The position numbers and the translations under genes were made by a program. A stretch of DNA of 64,000 bases from Heterodontus francisci (lineage: Eukaryota), in contig NC_090379.1 in NCBI RefSeq assembly GCF_036365525.1, forward strand, positions 32,851,790 through 32,915,789. The letters run 5' to 3'. The notes below the pieces were generated by a model. The model was not told the DNA's origin. It worked only from the letters and a program-made list of their open reading frames with translations, and searched no databases. Positions within the stretch are counted from its first letter, which is position 1; every line of letters starts with the position of its first letter. Below are positions 50,525 through 63,809 of this stretch, one piece after another.

Positions 50525-50935
50525 CAGTTGTGGCACAGGAGGTAGTACACTTGCATGTAAGTTAGAGGTTGTGGGTTTAAGTCCACTCCAAGACTTGAGC
50601 ACAAAAATCTATGCTGAAATTCCAGTACAGTACTGAGAAACTGCTGCGGTGTTGGGGGCGTTGTTTTTTGGATGATATGTTAAACCCCGCCTGCCTTCTC
50701 AGGTGGACGCAAAAGATCCCATGAAACTATTTCAAAGAGCAGGAGTTCTCCCTGGTGTCCTGGCCGACATTTACCCTCAGTCAACATCACAAAAACAGAT
50801 TATCTGATCATTATCATATTTGTTGTCTGCAAATTTGCTGCTGTGTTTCCTACATTACAAGAATGGCCATACTTCATTGGCTGTAAAGTGCTTTGGGACG
50901 TCCTGTGATTGTGAAAGGTGCTATATAAATGCAAT
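50525..50935 (+). mobile_element. Deu-domain tRNA-SINE
   Basis: ctcaggtggacgcaaaagatcccatg...ctggtgtcctggccgacatttaccctca core; tail gaaaggtgctatataaatgca. Confidence 0.75.
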
Positions 50936-50949
50936 TTTTTCTTTGCCAT

Positions 50950-51215
50950 TTCAGCCTAACTGATCAGCCCTGGCAATTTTCCCTGGCACTTTTAAGGATT
51001 TGTGCATATGGGCTTCAATGTCTCTTTGCTCATCTACACTTTTCAAAATCATCCCATCTATAGTATACTGTCTTTCCATATTAGTCCTCCCAATTTGCAT
51101 CACTTCATAATTCTGCACTTTGAACTCCATCTGCGATGCTTCTACCCATTTCACCATCCTGTCTATGTCATCCTGAAGCCTCATCAGTACCCTGTACTTT
51201 GCCAAGTTTCGTATC
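50950..51215 (-). mobile_element. CR1 RT fragment
   Basis: ORF 50951-51217 LQDDIDRMVKWVEASQMEF. Confidence 0.75.
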
Positions 51216-51661
51216 ATCTTTTATTTAATTTGTTCATGGGATGTGGGCATCATTGGCGAGGCCAGCATTTATCGCCCATCCCTAATTACCCTTGAGCAGG
51301 TGGTGGTGAACCACTTTGCTGATAAAAAAGTTACATTTTATGATTATAACCTACATGTCATAAAGTATTGATAAGCGATATTGTTTGTATTCTAATTTTT
51401 ACGAACTTTATCAGGTAATGTTTTTCGCTGTTGATGTTTATTAACTAATATTTTAAACACTTTTATGTTGTGTATTGGGTAATGTTGATGTACTTAATAT
51501 TTTTGAGTGTAAAATTGCTATACTTACTAACCTTCACACCATCTACTTCCTTTGTGAATACAGATGCAAGATATTCATTAACACTTTAGCCGCGTCCTCT
51601 GCCTCTAAATCTCTGCTTCTGGGAGTCCTCAACATTAACTCCAGACCCATAAAGTCTCATG

Positions 51662-54075
51662 GCATAAGGCCAAACATGGGCAAAGAAAACCCCTGCTGAT
51701 TACCACCTACCGCTCCCACTGGCTGATGAATCAGTGCTTCTCCATGTTAAATACCAATTGGAAGAAGCACTGAGGGTGGCAAGGGCACAGAATGTCCTCT
51801 GGGTGGGGGACTTCAATATCCATCACCAAGAGTGGCTTGGTAGCACTACTACTGACCGAGCTGGCTAAGTCCTAAAGGATATAGCTGCTAGACTGGGCTT
51901 GCGGTAGGTGGTGAGGAAACCAACAAGAGGGAAAAACCTACTTGACCTCGTCCTCACCAAACTACCTGTCGCAGATGCATCTGTTCATAACGGTATTGGT
52001 AGGTGACCACCACACAGTCCTTGTGGAGACGAAGTCCCATCTTCACACTGAGGATACCCTCCATCGTGTTGTGTGGCACTACCACCGTGCTAAATGGGAT
52101 AGATTTTGAACAGATATAGCAACTCAAAACTGGGCATCCATGAGCTGCTGTGGGCCATCAGTAGCAGCAGAATTATGTTCAACCACAATCTGTAACCTGT
52201 TGGCCTGGCATATCCCCCACTCTACCATTACCATCAAGCCGACGGACCAACCCTGGTTCAATGAAGAGTGCAGGAGGGCATGCCAGGAGCAGCACCAGGC
52301 ACATCTAAAAATGAGGTGTCAGCCTGGTGAAGATACAACACAGGACCACTTGCATGCCAAACAGTGTAAGTATCATACAATAGACAGAGCTAAGTGATTC
52401 CACAACCAACGCATCAAATCTAAACTCTGCAGTCCTGCCACATCCAGTCATGAATGGTGGTGGACAATTAAACAACTGACAGGAGTAGGAGAAGGCTCCA
52501 CAAACATTCCCATCCTCACCAATGGGAGAACCCAGAACATCAGTGCAAAAGACAAGGCTGAAACATTTGCATCCATCTTCAGCCGGAAGTGCCAAGTGGA
52601 TGATCCATCTCAGCCTCCTCCTGAGGTCCCCAGCATCACAGATGCCAGTCTTCAGCCAATCTGATTCACTCCACATGATATCAAGAAATGGCTGAAGGCA
52701 CTGGATACTGCAAAGGCTATGGGCCCTGACAACATTCTGGCAATAGTACTGAAGACTTGTGCTCCAGAACTAGCCGCGTCCCTAGCCAAGCTGTTCCAGT
52801 ATAGCTACAACACTGGCATCTGCTTGACTATGTGGAAAATTGCCCAAGTATGTCCTGTGCACAAAAAGCAGGACAAATCCAACCCAGCCATTTACCACTC
52901 TTTCAGTCTACTCTCAATCATCAGCAGAAGTGTTGGAAGGTGTCATCGACAGCGCTATCAAACAACACTTGCTCAGCAATAATATGCTCACTGACACTCA
53001 GTTTGGGTTTCACCAGGGCCACTCAGCTCCTGACCTCATTACAGCCTTGGTCCAAACATGGACAAAAGAGTTGAACTCCAGAGGTGAGGTGAGAGTGACT
53101 GCCCTTGACATCAAGGCAGCATTTGACCGAGTATGACATCAAGGAGCCCTAGCAAAACTGGAGTCAATGGGAATCAGGGGGAAAACTCTCCCATCGTTGG
53201 TGTCATGCCTAGAACAAAGGAAGATGGTTGTGGTTGTTGGAGGTTAATCATCTCAGTCCCAGGACATCACTGCAGGAGTTCCTCAGGGTAGTGTCCTAGG
53301 CCCGACCATCTTCAGCTGCTTCATCAATGACCTTCCCTCCACCATAAGATCAGAAATGGGGATGTTCGCTGATGATTGCACAACATTTAGCACCATTTGC
53401 GACTCCTCAGATACTGAAGCAGCCCATGTCCATATGTAGCAAGACCTGGATCACATCCAGGCTTGGGCTGATAAGTGGCAAGTAACATTCATGCCACACA
53501 ATTGCCAGGCAATGACCATCTCAAACAAAAGAGGATCTAACCGTCTCCCCTTGATGTTCAATGGCATTACCATTGCTGAATCTCCCGCTATCAACAGCCA
53601 CATAAATGCTGTGGCAGAAGAGCAGGTCAGAGGCTAGGAATCCTGCGCTGAGTAACTCACCTCCTGTCTCCCTAATGCCTGTCCATGACCTACAAGGTAC
53701 AAATCAGGAGTGTGATGGAATACTCTCCACTTGCCTGGATGGGTGAGCTCCAACAACACTCAAGAAGCTCGACACCATCCAGGACAAAGCAGCCCCCTTG
53801 ACTGGCATCCCATCCACCACCATAAACATTCGCTCCCTCCACCACCAATGCCCAGTGGCAGGAGTGTGTACCATCTACAAGATGCAATGCGGCAACTCAC
53901 CAAAGCTCCTTGGACAACACCTTCCAAATCCATGACCTCTACCACCTAGAAGGGCAAGGGCAGCAAATGCATGAGAACACCACCACCTGCAAGTTCCCCT
54001 CCAAGCCACACACCATCCTGACTTGGAACTATATCACCATTCCTTCTCTGTCATGGGTCCAAATCCTGGAACTCC
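51662..54075 (+). mobile_element. CR1-group LINE of a second family (APE + RT), degenerate
   Basis: VGDFN, LDLVLTN, GPDNI, QFGF, LDIKAAFDRV, GVPQGSVLGP, MFADD motifs. Confidence 0.88.
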
Positions 54076-56170
54076 CTTCTGCAGCTATCCTCCTCACTAT
54101 CAAACAAACGGCCAATTTTTGTTTCGACTGCAAACTTCTTGATCATGCCCCCTATATTTATATCTAAATCATTAACATATACCACAAAAAGCAGGGGACC
54201 TGGTACTGGGCCCTGCAGAACCCCACTGGAAACAGTCCTCCAGTTGCAAAAACACCCATCAACAATTACAATTTGTTTCCTGCCACTGAGCCAGTTTTGT
54301 ATTGACCTTGCTACATTTCCCTGGATCCCATGGGCTTTTTTTTTAAACCAGTCTGCCATGTGGGACCTTGTCAAAAGCCTTGCTAAAATCCATGTAGACC
54401 ACATCAATCCTCCTTGTTACTTCTTCAAAAAATTCAATCAAGTTAGTCAGACAAGATCTTCCCTTACAAATCCATGCTGACTGTCCTTGATTCCAATAAT
54501 TTGCCCACTACTGAGGTTATACTGACTGGCTTGTAATTATTCAGTCTATCCCTCACTCCTTTTTTAAACAAAAGTACAACGTTAGCAGTCCTCCAATCCT
54601 CTGGTACCACACCTGCACCCAGTGAGGACTGGCAAATGATGGTCAGAGCATCCTCTATTTCCTCCCTGCTTTCTCTTAGCAGCCTGGGGTGCATTTCATC
54701 CGACCCTGGTGATTTATCCACTTTCAAGGATCCTAATCCCATTAATATGTCCTCTCTCCTTATGTTTATCACATCCAATACTTCACACTCCTCCTCTTTA
54801 ACTACAATATCTGCATTGCCCCCCTCTGTTGCAAAGACAGACGCAAAGTATTCATTAAGAACCACACCAACATCTTCCGCCCTTACACATAGGTTACCTT
54901 TTTGGTCTTTTATGGGCCCTACTCTCTCCTTAGTTATCCTCTTACTTTTAATGTATTGCTAAAACATCTTTGGGTTCACCTTAATTTTGCTTGCCAATAT
55001 TCTTTCATGCCCTCTCTTTACTTTCCTAGTTTCCTTTTTGATTTCACCCCTCCACTTTCTGTATTCCTCTTGGCTTTCTGTAGTATTGAGCTCTCGGTGT
55101 AGGACATAAGCTTTCCTTTTCTGCTTATCTTACCCTGTAAGCTCCTTGACATCCATGGGGCTCTAGATTTGGCTGTCCTTTTTCTTTGTGGGAACATGTT
55201 TACTCTGAACCCCTTGAATCTCCCCTTTGAATGCCTCCCACTGCTCTGACACTGATTTCCCTTCTAGTACCTGTTTCCACACTTTTGCTAAATCAGTCCT
55301 CAACTGAGTAAAATTGGCCTTGCCCCAATTAAGAACTCTAACTTCTATTTTCTCTTTGTCCTTTTCCATAATTATGTTAAAACTAACTGAATTATGACCA
55401 CTACCACCAAAATGCTTTCCCACTGCCACTCCTTCCACCTGCCCATCTTCATTTCCTAAAACTCAGTCAAAAACTGTGCCCTCTCTTGTTGGACTTGCTA
55501 CATACTGGCCAAAAATGTTCTCCTGAATGCACTTCAAGAATTCTGCTCCCTCAATTCCTTTCACAGTAAAACTATCCCAGTTAATAATGGGATCATCAAA
55601 ATCCCCTATTACTGCCCTATTGTTTTTGCACTGCTCAGAGATTTGCTTACAAATTTGCTCTTCCATCTCCCTCTGACCGTCTGGGGGTCTAGAGTACACC
55701 CCCAGCAGTGTGACTGCCCTTTTTTTGTTTGTTAGCTCAATATATATGGCCTCATTTGATGATCCTTCTAACATATCATCCCTCCTCACAGCTGTAATTG
55801 TTTCTTTCACCAGAATTGCCACCCCACTCCTTTTTACCCCCCCCCCTCTATTGCATCTGAAAACCTTGTAACCAGGAATGTTGAGTAGCCATTCCTGTCC
55901 CTCCTTAAGCCATGTTTCTGTAATAGCTATGATATCATACTGCCACGTGTCTATCTGTGCCCTCAGCTCATCTGCTTTATTTGCTATACTCCTTGCATTA
56001 ATGTCGATACCCTTGAGCACTGCCAAACTCTTTAAAAAATTTTTTCTAACCTTTGTTTCCTTTGCCTTCCAGACTCATCCATTAATTTTCTGCCTTCCAT
56101 TTTCATTTCTGATTTTGCCCCAACTTAATCTACCCTCAGGTCCTCATACCCCTGCCAAACTAGTTTAAAC
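54076..56170 (-). mobile_element. CR1 LINE ORF2 (APE to mid RT), degenerate
   Basis: ORFs 55463-56026 (NARSI, AITETWL, GDF), 54464-54865 (KSPGSD) and 54051-54407 (GVLQG, KFA). Confidence 0.9.
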
Positions 56171-57694
56171 TTTTTCTAGCTAACCATTTACAGTTTATAA
56201 AAATGTTCTAGGGTTCACTTTAATGTTGCCTGCTAATCTTTTCTCATAATCTCTCATTGCGTCCCATATTAACTTTTTCAATTCCCTCCTGTACTGTGCA
56301 TAATCTTTCTGGTTATTGATGGAATCTTGCTCCTGACATCTGTCATAAGCCTCCTTTTTCTGTTTTATTTTAACCTTTTTCCTTTGTCATCCAGGGTGCA
56401 TGAGCTTTGGAATGTTCTGCCTTTTCCCTTCAAAGGAACATACTTAGTTTGCAGATGAACGATCACTTCTCTGAATGCCCTCCCTTGCTCTAATACTGTT
56501 TTATCCTGCAATCGCCTGTTTCAATCTACCTGCTCTAGGCCCCTTCGTAAATCACTGAAATAGTGACTCTTGTGTGAAATAGCTATACTTATAGAAATGT
56601 GTTTTGTTCTATTAGATTTGGTCCATAGCACATCATTGCCTATAATTTAGCACAACTTAACAGTCGGACACAAAGAGACCATAAAGATAACTTGCATGGA
56701 AATGTAAAAGTACATACATGGTAGATATGGTGTTAGCTCAAGTTAGAGGTGTGATGAATTGGATGGCTTTCTCTGAGCTGCAGTTTCTATGATTCTAAAA
56801 TAGTGAGTGCTGTTCTGAAGTTGAGGTGAAAGTATGTAGTTGGAGCGGTAAAAAACAAGTTTGACTCTGCATTCAGTTTATATCATATCTGAACTGGGAG
56901 TGGCTGTATTGACATTGGATGCCAAAAGGGGAAAAATGACACAGACGTCCTTTGACGAGTACAATAGCTCACCTAAAATAAGAGAGGATGCCTTTTAATC
57001 CTAATTGCAGCTGCTGTTACCTATAATCCTCACTAAATTATTCCCCCTATCCATGAGTAATGGAAATATGGAAATACCAACCTTTTGAAGTTATGCTATT
57101 GAATCTGTTACAAAGGTATTGAAACATTCATAAATGTCTATCTCAGGGGTGCAATTTACTACTCACACCACTGCCCTCACTTCATTTATTATGTTAATAC
57201 TATAGCATGTCAAGAATTTGAGGCAAAAACAAAGTTCTACCATACATTTATGCAAGGTACCTGTTCCTGAAGTTGTCCTTAGGTATGAAAGATCTAAGTA
57301 ACTTCAAAACAGATAATGCTAGGAGGATTTTTTAACCATATTAGGTTCAGTCAGGAGATAAAGAATCTTGTCACTCTGCTTGAACCCAAGCTGAGCTTCC
57401 GTCACACATCCCATTCTGTCAAGAAGACCACTTTCCTCAATTGCAATAAGTCCATGCCTTCAATCACCTAAAGCCTCCACTTCTGTACTGCTCTCCTAGT
57501 CAACCTACATCACAACTCATTCACAAACACTGCAATCAACATACTCACCAACAGGAAGTGCTATCTCACTGTGAAAACTCCACTGACTCTCTGTGCTCCA
57601 GCAACTTGACTTTAAGATCATTTGTTCTTGCACCTTAATCATATCTCAGAGTCCTCCACAATTAGTGCTGCAAGTGCCTGAGGACCGAGTCCGT

Positions 57695-57830
57695 GCCTGC
57701 AGCAGAGAAGTTAATGTTTCGGGTATCTAAGTCCTTTGTCAAAACTGTTCTGACAAATGAAATGTTAACTTGGCAATTCTCTCCACGCATACTGCCAGAC
57801 CTGCTGTGCGTTTCCATCATTTTATTTTTG
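57695..57830. mobile_element. Degenerate fold-back Penelope pseudo-LTR derivative
   Basis: agttaatgtttc...aactgttctgac...gaaatgttaact...ctgccagacctgctg; same head-to-head layout as 29761-30016. Confidence 0.55.
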
Positions 57831-58399
57831 CTTGACATAATAACAGTTACTGCACGTCAAGGTAATTAATTGCATGTCATGCATTATGAGACATGGGTAT
57901 GGTTATTCCAATGCAACTTTAATTGTTGAATACGACGACGCCCGCATGAATAAATAAGACGACTGATATTTTTTAAAAATGTTACTTCAAAAGTAATTCA
58001 TTGGCTGAAAGGCGTTTTGAACGCCCTGAGGATATGGAAGGTTCTTAAATCATCTGCGGAGAGACGCTTCAAAACTTTAAGAGGTACAAAAGACAAATTA
58101 AAATTAATGACCCAATGTGGAGGATTTACACTCATTTCTACGGGAACAATTCTTGCTTTCAAAAGTTGGGCGTCGAATACGATTTGAACAACATAAATCG
58201 AATGGGTACCAGCTGCATGATGGCCCTACCCACAAAAAAAAGTTTATAATGATTTGAATACCTCAGGAATTTACATTGCACAACCTAAAGCAGGAGGATT
58301 ATAAATAGCGTGCAATTTAACACGTGAGATTTTTGAAAAAAAATAACATGGCAAAAGTGGTGTAAAGCTGGAGTAGAGGAGATTAATAATGGATTTGAA

Positions 58400-59035
58400 A
58401 TGTTTTCTTTTCTGGGGGCGGACAGGATACCTTTAAGGGTGGGGGGGGGAATGATGGTATTGTGAAGCGGCTCGGGAGCGTCCCCTGTTGTCCTCGATCT
58501 GCAGCTGCCGGTATTTATTTATAAAGCGAGCGGGGTTTGTGTGATTTCAATGAGCTGAGAGGGTTTGGAGGAGGGGAAATTGGGCTGCAGGTCTCTCTCT
58601 GTTCTGCCCTTCCCTTCTGTGTGGATGTGGTCGGAGTTTCTGCTGGTGGTAGCCCGGAGTGTGTCGGCTAGACTTGGAGCCGTATTCGGTGCATTGAGAG
58701 ACGATTAGTGGTGGGGGAGAGCTCAAAGCAGCGGCGTCTGATCAAAAGCCCAGGCGCGAATACCAGGGCAGAGGGATTTGTAATGAGCCGGGCGCTCAGC
58801 ATTGATCGAGGTCTTTTACACTTTTCCTGTGTGTGTGTTTTTTTAAATGTTGTGTTTTTTACAATCTCTTTGGTATTCGTTCTTGTGCACGGCAAAGAAA
58901 ATGTAAATGCGAATCGTTATATATGTCATAAATGCAGCCAGGCTGGTTTAAAGGTAAACCATTAATTTCCAGGTTTGCTAACCTACGGGAGGCTCACGGT
59001 GTAGATTTCACTTCCGCACTTGTTCCGTCTTCAAG
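58400..59035 (+). promoter_or_regulatory. ITPK1 CpG-rich promoter and 5' leader region
   Basis: CpG cluster and GC box gggggcgg near 58413, directly upstream of the ITPK1 start codon; TSS and any non-coding exon not resolved. Confidence 0.6.
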
Positions 59036-59130
59036 ATGCAGACTTGGCTGAAAGGCAAGCGGGTCGGATACTGGTTGAGTGAGAAGAAGATCAAAAAGCT
59101 GAATTTCCAGGCCTTCGCGGACCTTTGCAG
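59036..59130 (+). CDS. ITPK1: ITPK1 (inositol-tetrakisphosphate 1-kinase) first coding exon
   Basis: 95 nt, MQTWLKGKRVGYWLSEKKIKKLNFQAFADLC(R), donor AG|gtaaag; too short for the supplied ORF track; the rest of the gene lies beyond the window. Confidence 0.95.
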
Positions 59131-60704
59131 GTAAAGACAAGAACCAACACCCCTTGTTTTGGGAATGAAACGGTTACATTTGGGCTTGGGGACTGGCAGC
59201 AGGAAATAATGCTGATTTAAGGCAACAACCCATGTGCAAGCCCGCTTCACAGCGAGTCGAGCACCAGCTACCGGGGAGGGGTGGGGAAGAAGAGAGAGGG
59301 AAACCAGAAATACAACCATTGATCTGCACAATCACCATCACTCTCTCTGTAGCGGCTTAGGATAGTGAAGGGGGGGGGGGGGGGGGGGTATTTAGTGCTA
59401 ATCTGTAATTATATAAACGAACAAGATCCTTGAAGATTAGAAGTGTAGTTTATGCTACTTTTTCTTAAATTTGCAGAATATTTTAAGTACATCTTTCTCC
59501 TCCACCTTCCCTCTCTTTTCCTCCACCCCAATCTTGTTGCAAAGCATTGCGAATGCACTGTGGTGAAGGAGGAAGGTTGCTTTCTAATTAAAGTTTGAGA
59601 ATGGAGAAAGTGGTTCTGGATGTCGGACTGCAATAGGTTGTGGAGCTGAGTGCCGATTGCTCGGAGCAGGCTGCAGAGATGATAGTCGAGTGCTGTTTTA
59701 TAGACTAAAGTTAGTGCTGACAGGGAGCCTTGAGGATGCTATTGAGAAGAGGTGGAGGGATTTCCATGTTGGTTAAAGCATAGAGTATTACAGTCCTAGA
59801 GGCTAAGTCTTCAGTTGGTATTAATGTTTTGCTGTGTGTATAGTTAAATTGTAGAGGGTCAGTACTGCTGTAAAGTGATCTAGAAATGGCCCTTCATTTT
59901 AACCTGTTGTAGTTTAAATGTAAATCATTACATTTCCACTCTGATCTGTTTGGGGCCCCATTGTCAAGATTGGCAGTCTAAAAACGAGAACTAGATGGGA
60001 CCAGCACACAACCTCTGATGCTGATCTTTACTGTACTGCTTAGTCTGAAGTTGACCATGGGATACTTTGTAAATGATTAATGCCACTTTTAATCTTTTCC
60101 ATGTGTGTCTCTTGCTTTCAATCCCACTGGAGCTGTATGCTTTGCATAAACTGCATAGAATCCATGAGGTCAGAAGTAACTCTTGAAATTTCATTAACGT
60201 TTCTTTAAACTTACCTAAAGCTAATATAAACCTGGATCCAATCGCCCAACAGCAGCTTGCATTTATATAGCACCTTTAACATAGTAAAATGTCCCAAGGT
60301 GCTTTTCAGGAGCTTTTTCAATCTTGTAAAATGTAAAAAAGTTCTAATCTTTGCAGTTTATTTTATTGAACAACTTAAAGTAGGTATTAAGGTGTCAGTC
60401 ACGTTTATTCTTCATTAGGACATTAGGCTGTGTGGCTGCTGCTTTCTTTGCCCAATTATGCTGCAAGCAATTATTATACTTTAAGTCATCATTTAGTTTT
60501 TTTTCCAGATGTTTTTTCAAAGGCGATGTTAGATTAGTTGGGTACTTAAGAGGAAACTTTAATACCTGGTGTTAATGAAATGCATACTAACTAGCATGTT
60601 TTTTGACAATTGGAATAAAAAGGTTCAGTCCACAGATTCTAGCTTGAAGGAGATTGTCTCTCTGTCTGTCATCCAGGTATTCTGAAAACACAGTTTTTTT
60701 TTTT

Positions 60705-61650
60705 CTTTCATGGCATGTGGGTGTCACTGGTTAGGCCAGCATTTATTGCCCATCCCTAATTGCCCTTGAGAAGGTGGTGATGGGCTGCCTTGAACTGCTG
60801 CAGTCCACATGGTGTAGGTGCATCCACAGTGCTATTAGGAAGGGAGTTCCAGGATTTTGACCCAGTGCCGTGAAGGAACAATGATTTTTTTTTTTAATTT
60901 CCAAAATATACTTTATTCATAAAAATCTGTAAAAATTACATTGCCAAACAGTTTCCAAACAGCACCAAAAAATACAAACATTGCAAGGGAGATCAGTTTC
61001 CTTCAATACTGTCATGTGTTTCTTCCCAACCCTTCCGTTTCACAATTGTCATGTCAATTACAGTTTTACATTTACAGCAATTGAGAATATTAACGATACA
61101 GTTCGAAGGGTTTCCCATGGATCCAGCCCCTCAGTCCAGCTTGGTGGGGGAACCTTACACTGTGGTCTTTCCCCATTGAGCCTGAAGGAACAATGATATA
61201 GTTCCAAGTCAGGATGGTGTGTGGCTTGGAGGGGAACTTGCAGATGCTGGTGTTCCCATGCATCTGCTGCCCTTGTCCTTTAAGGTGATAGAGGTCATGG
61301 GTTGGAAGGTGCTGTCGAAGGAGGTGTGCTGAGTTACTGCAATGCATCATGTGTTTGGTACACACTGCTGCCACTGTGTGTTAGTGGTGGAGGGAGTGAA
61401 TGTTTTTAGATGGGGTGCCAATCAAGCGGGCTGCTTTGTCTTAGATGGTATTGAGGTTCTTGAGTGTTGTTGGAGCTGCAAGCATCCAAGCAAGTTGAGA
61501 GTATTCGATCGCACTCCTGACTTGTGCCTTGTAGATGATGGACAGGGATTGGGGAGCCAGGAGGTGAGTTACGCAGTGCAGAATTCCCAGCCTCTGACCT
61601 GCTCTTGTAGCCACAGTACTTGTATGACTGGTCTAGTTCAGTTTCTGATA
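60705..61650 (-). mobile_element. 3' part of a CR1-group LINE (same family as 51662-54075)
   Basis: Reverse complement of ~53600-54050 plus tail gccagcatttattgcccatccctaattgcccttgag. Confidence 0.8.
60886..61182 (-). mobile_element. 5'-truncated L1/Tx1-like insertion with poly(A)
   Basis: 15-bp TSD tgaaggaacaatgat at 60871-60885 and 61183-61197; AATAAA and poly(A) on the minus strand; terminal peptide AQWGKTTV*. Confidence 0.75.
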
Positions 61651-62284
61651 GTCCTCTCTAAGCTAAGTTCTGGAGGGTGTAAAGAGTCCTGTGCACCAAT
61701 ATGCAATTGCCATTTTAAACCCCACTAAAAACAATAAATAAATCTGATGTAGCCTAAATTTGAGCAGAATGTGAAATGTGAGCAAAAGACTTTATTACGA
61801 TAGAGTGCAAGCTAATACAGTTTGACGTTTCAAGCAAGAGCTTACTGTGTCCTGACCAGGATCTGGGAAATTGTTCAGCAGGGGGCCCTTTAACATCAAG
61901 AAAGATGAATGAATATTCATGGTGGTTGATAAAGCTTCCAGATTTTACTCTGGAGAGCTAGCATTCCAATGGTAGCACGTTTGTTACAGTTCCATTAACT
62001 GAGCAAAGCTGGATTTTTTTTTTTGTGAGATGCATTGCTTACAGTTAGAAAAGCTATGGACTGAACAATGCTGTATTTATGCTATTACCTTTTTGAGGTT
62101 TGGGGGTGGGGATAGATGGTGGGGGACTGGGGAGTAGTAAACTGATGTGGATTCCATTCAAAAGTCTGTCAGGAACAGAAACAAGATTTTAGGAATGTGG
62201 TTGGAGTGGAGGAGGAGAGGTGGAAACAGGGAAGCCACTCTGGTTGGAGGGGCTAGCAAATGTATATCATTTTAGTATAATACC

Positions 62285-62655
62285 TGCTCCCGGACCGGCA
62301 ATGCCGCAATTTTAAAATTCTCATCCTTGTTTTCAAATTTCCCCCCCCCCGCATATCTCCTACAACCCTCTGAGATCTGTGCAATTCTGGTCTCTTTTTT
62401 GTGCATCCCTGATGTTCACTGCTCAACCGTTGGCGTGCCTCAGCTGCTTTGGTTCTAAGCTCTGCAATTTCCTCTCTAAACCTCTCCGCCTTGCTACCTC
62501 GCTTCCTTTCAGACGCTCCTGAAAACTTTAAGCAAGGTTTTGGTCATCTGCCCTAATATCTCCTTATGTTGGTTGGTGTTAAATTGTGTTTGATAACGTT
62601 TCAGTGAAGCACTTTGGGACGTTTTGCTATGTTAAGGGTGTTAATGCCAGTTGTC
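62285..62655 (+). mobile_element. L2 LINE 3' fragment
   Basis: ttttaaaattctcatccttgttttcaaat...gtgaagcactttgggacgttttgctatgttaa, as in 17660-18155. Confidence 0.7.
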
Positions 62656-63809
62656 ATTGTCTGTGATCTTGTGAATTGGAGCAGAATTATTTTCCACTAT
62701 GGTACCTGGCTGTGTGGCTCTTGATACCATGTGTGAATTAGGCAGCTGACATTACCCAACAATATGTAGGATGCTATACAAATTCTATGATTTATATATA
62801 GTTAATGAGGTGATATCAGCAACATCTGATAGCACTTAGCATGTGGACATCTGCGGAGTAGCCAATTTTGTCCTGACTTTAATAGGATCCTTCTCAGCAC
62901 TTGGAGCTGCCCTTTGCTATTAATATAAACTGAGTGAGGTCTGGCATTATGTTAGTCGTACCTGGACAACGTTCAGTATGTTCAAAATAAATAACCTGTG
63001 GAGCATAATCTCATTCATTTAACAAAAAAAATGACACTGGAACTCTCCCTGAGTGTGTAGATTTTGGTGTCTGTGTAACATTACTGTTTTAAACCTGTAC
63101 ATTATTCAGGGTGTTCTAAAATGTTGAGATGTAGTGATGTACAGTAATTAGCTTACAAATGGATTTTTGCATCAATTACCACTGCACTGTACAATGTTAT
63201 GAACATACAGTAGGATTTATTTATAAATGTTACAAAAAAACTTTTAATGACTTTCAGATAGACTTTAATAGTTCAGATTTACCTAGTTTTTGGGCCATTG
63301 CATATTATAACATCCTGTAGTGTGCTCTTGTTTAGTTCTGGTGTTGTGTGGTAGAGACTTTGAGAGTGAGGCCTTAACGTTTTGTAAAATCCTACTATGA
63401 ATGATTTTACATTGACTTTGTGGATATTCCACATACTTGGAAGTGACACAAATCAATGACATAATAGAAGGTTGTTCATGAGGGAACAAATTGGTACTTG
63501 TTGCATATTATTGCATGTCCATTCATTTAGGGTTTGAAAAAGTTCTGAGAGCAGCTCATAAGTTGTCACTAGAAGCTCAACATGTATAGTACAGAATGTT
63601 GTGTTTAGAACTACAAGAACTTTTGTAACTTCTATCCCCACTGCTACTCTGAACGTGCCGATTCATGTAGGGTTACAACATCATTGTGCTCGGGTGGGAG
63701 GTGAGAGTCTAGTGAACATTAGCAGGATATTTAGTCAATCTTTTTTTCTTTCAGCGAGGGCCACTAGATAGTGATCATGAGTGGGAACCCTGTTTTGATT
63801 TTTCTTTTT

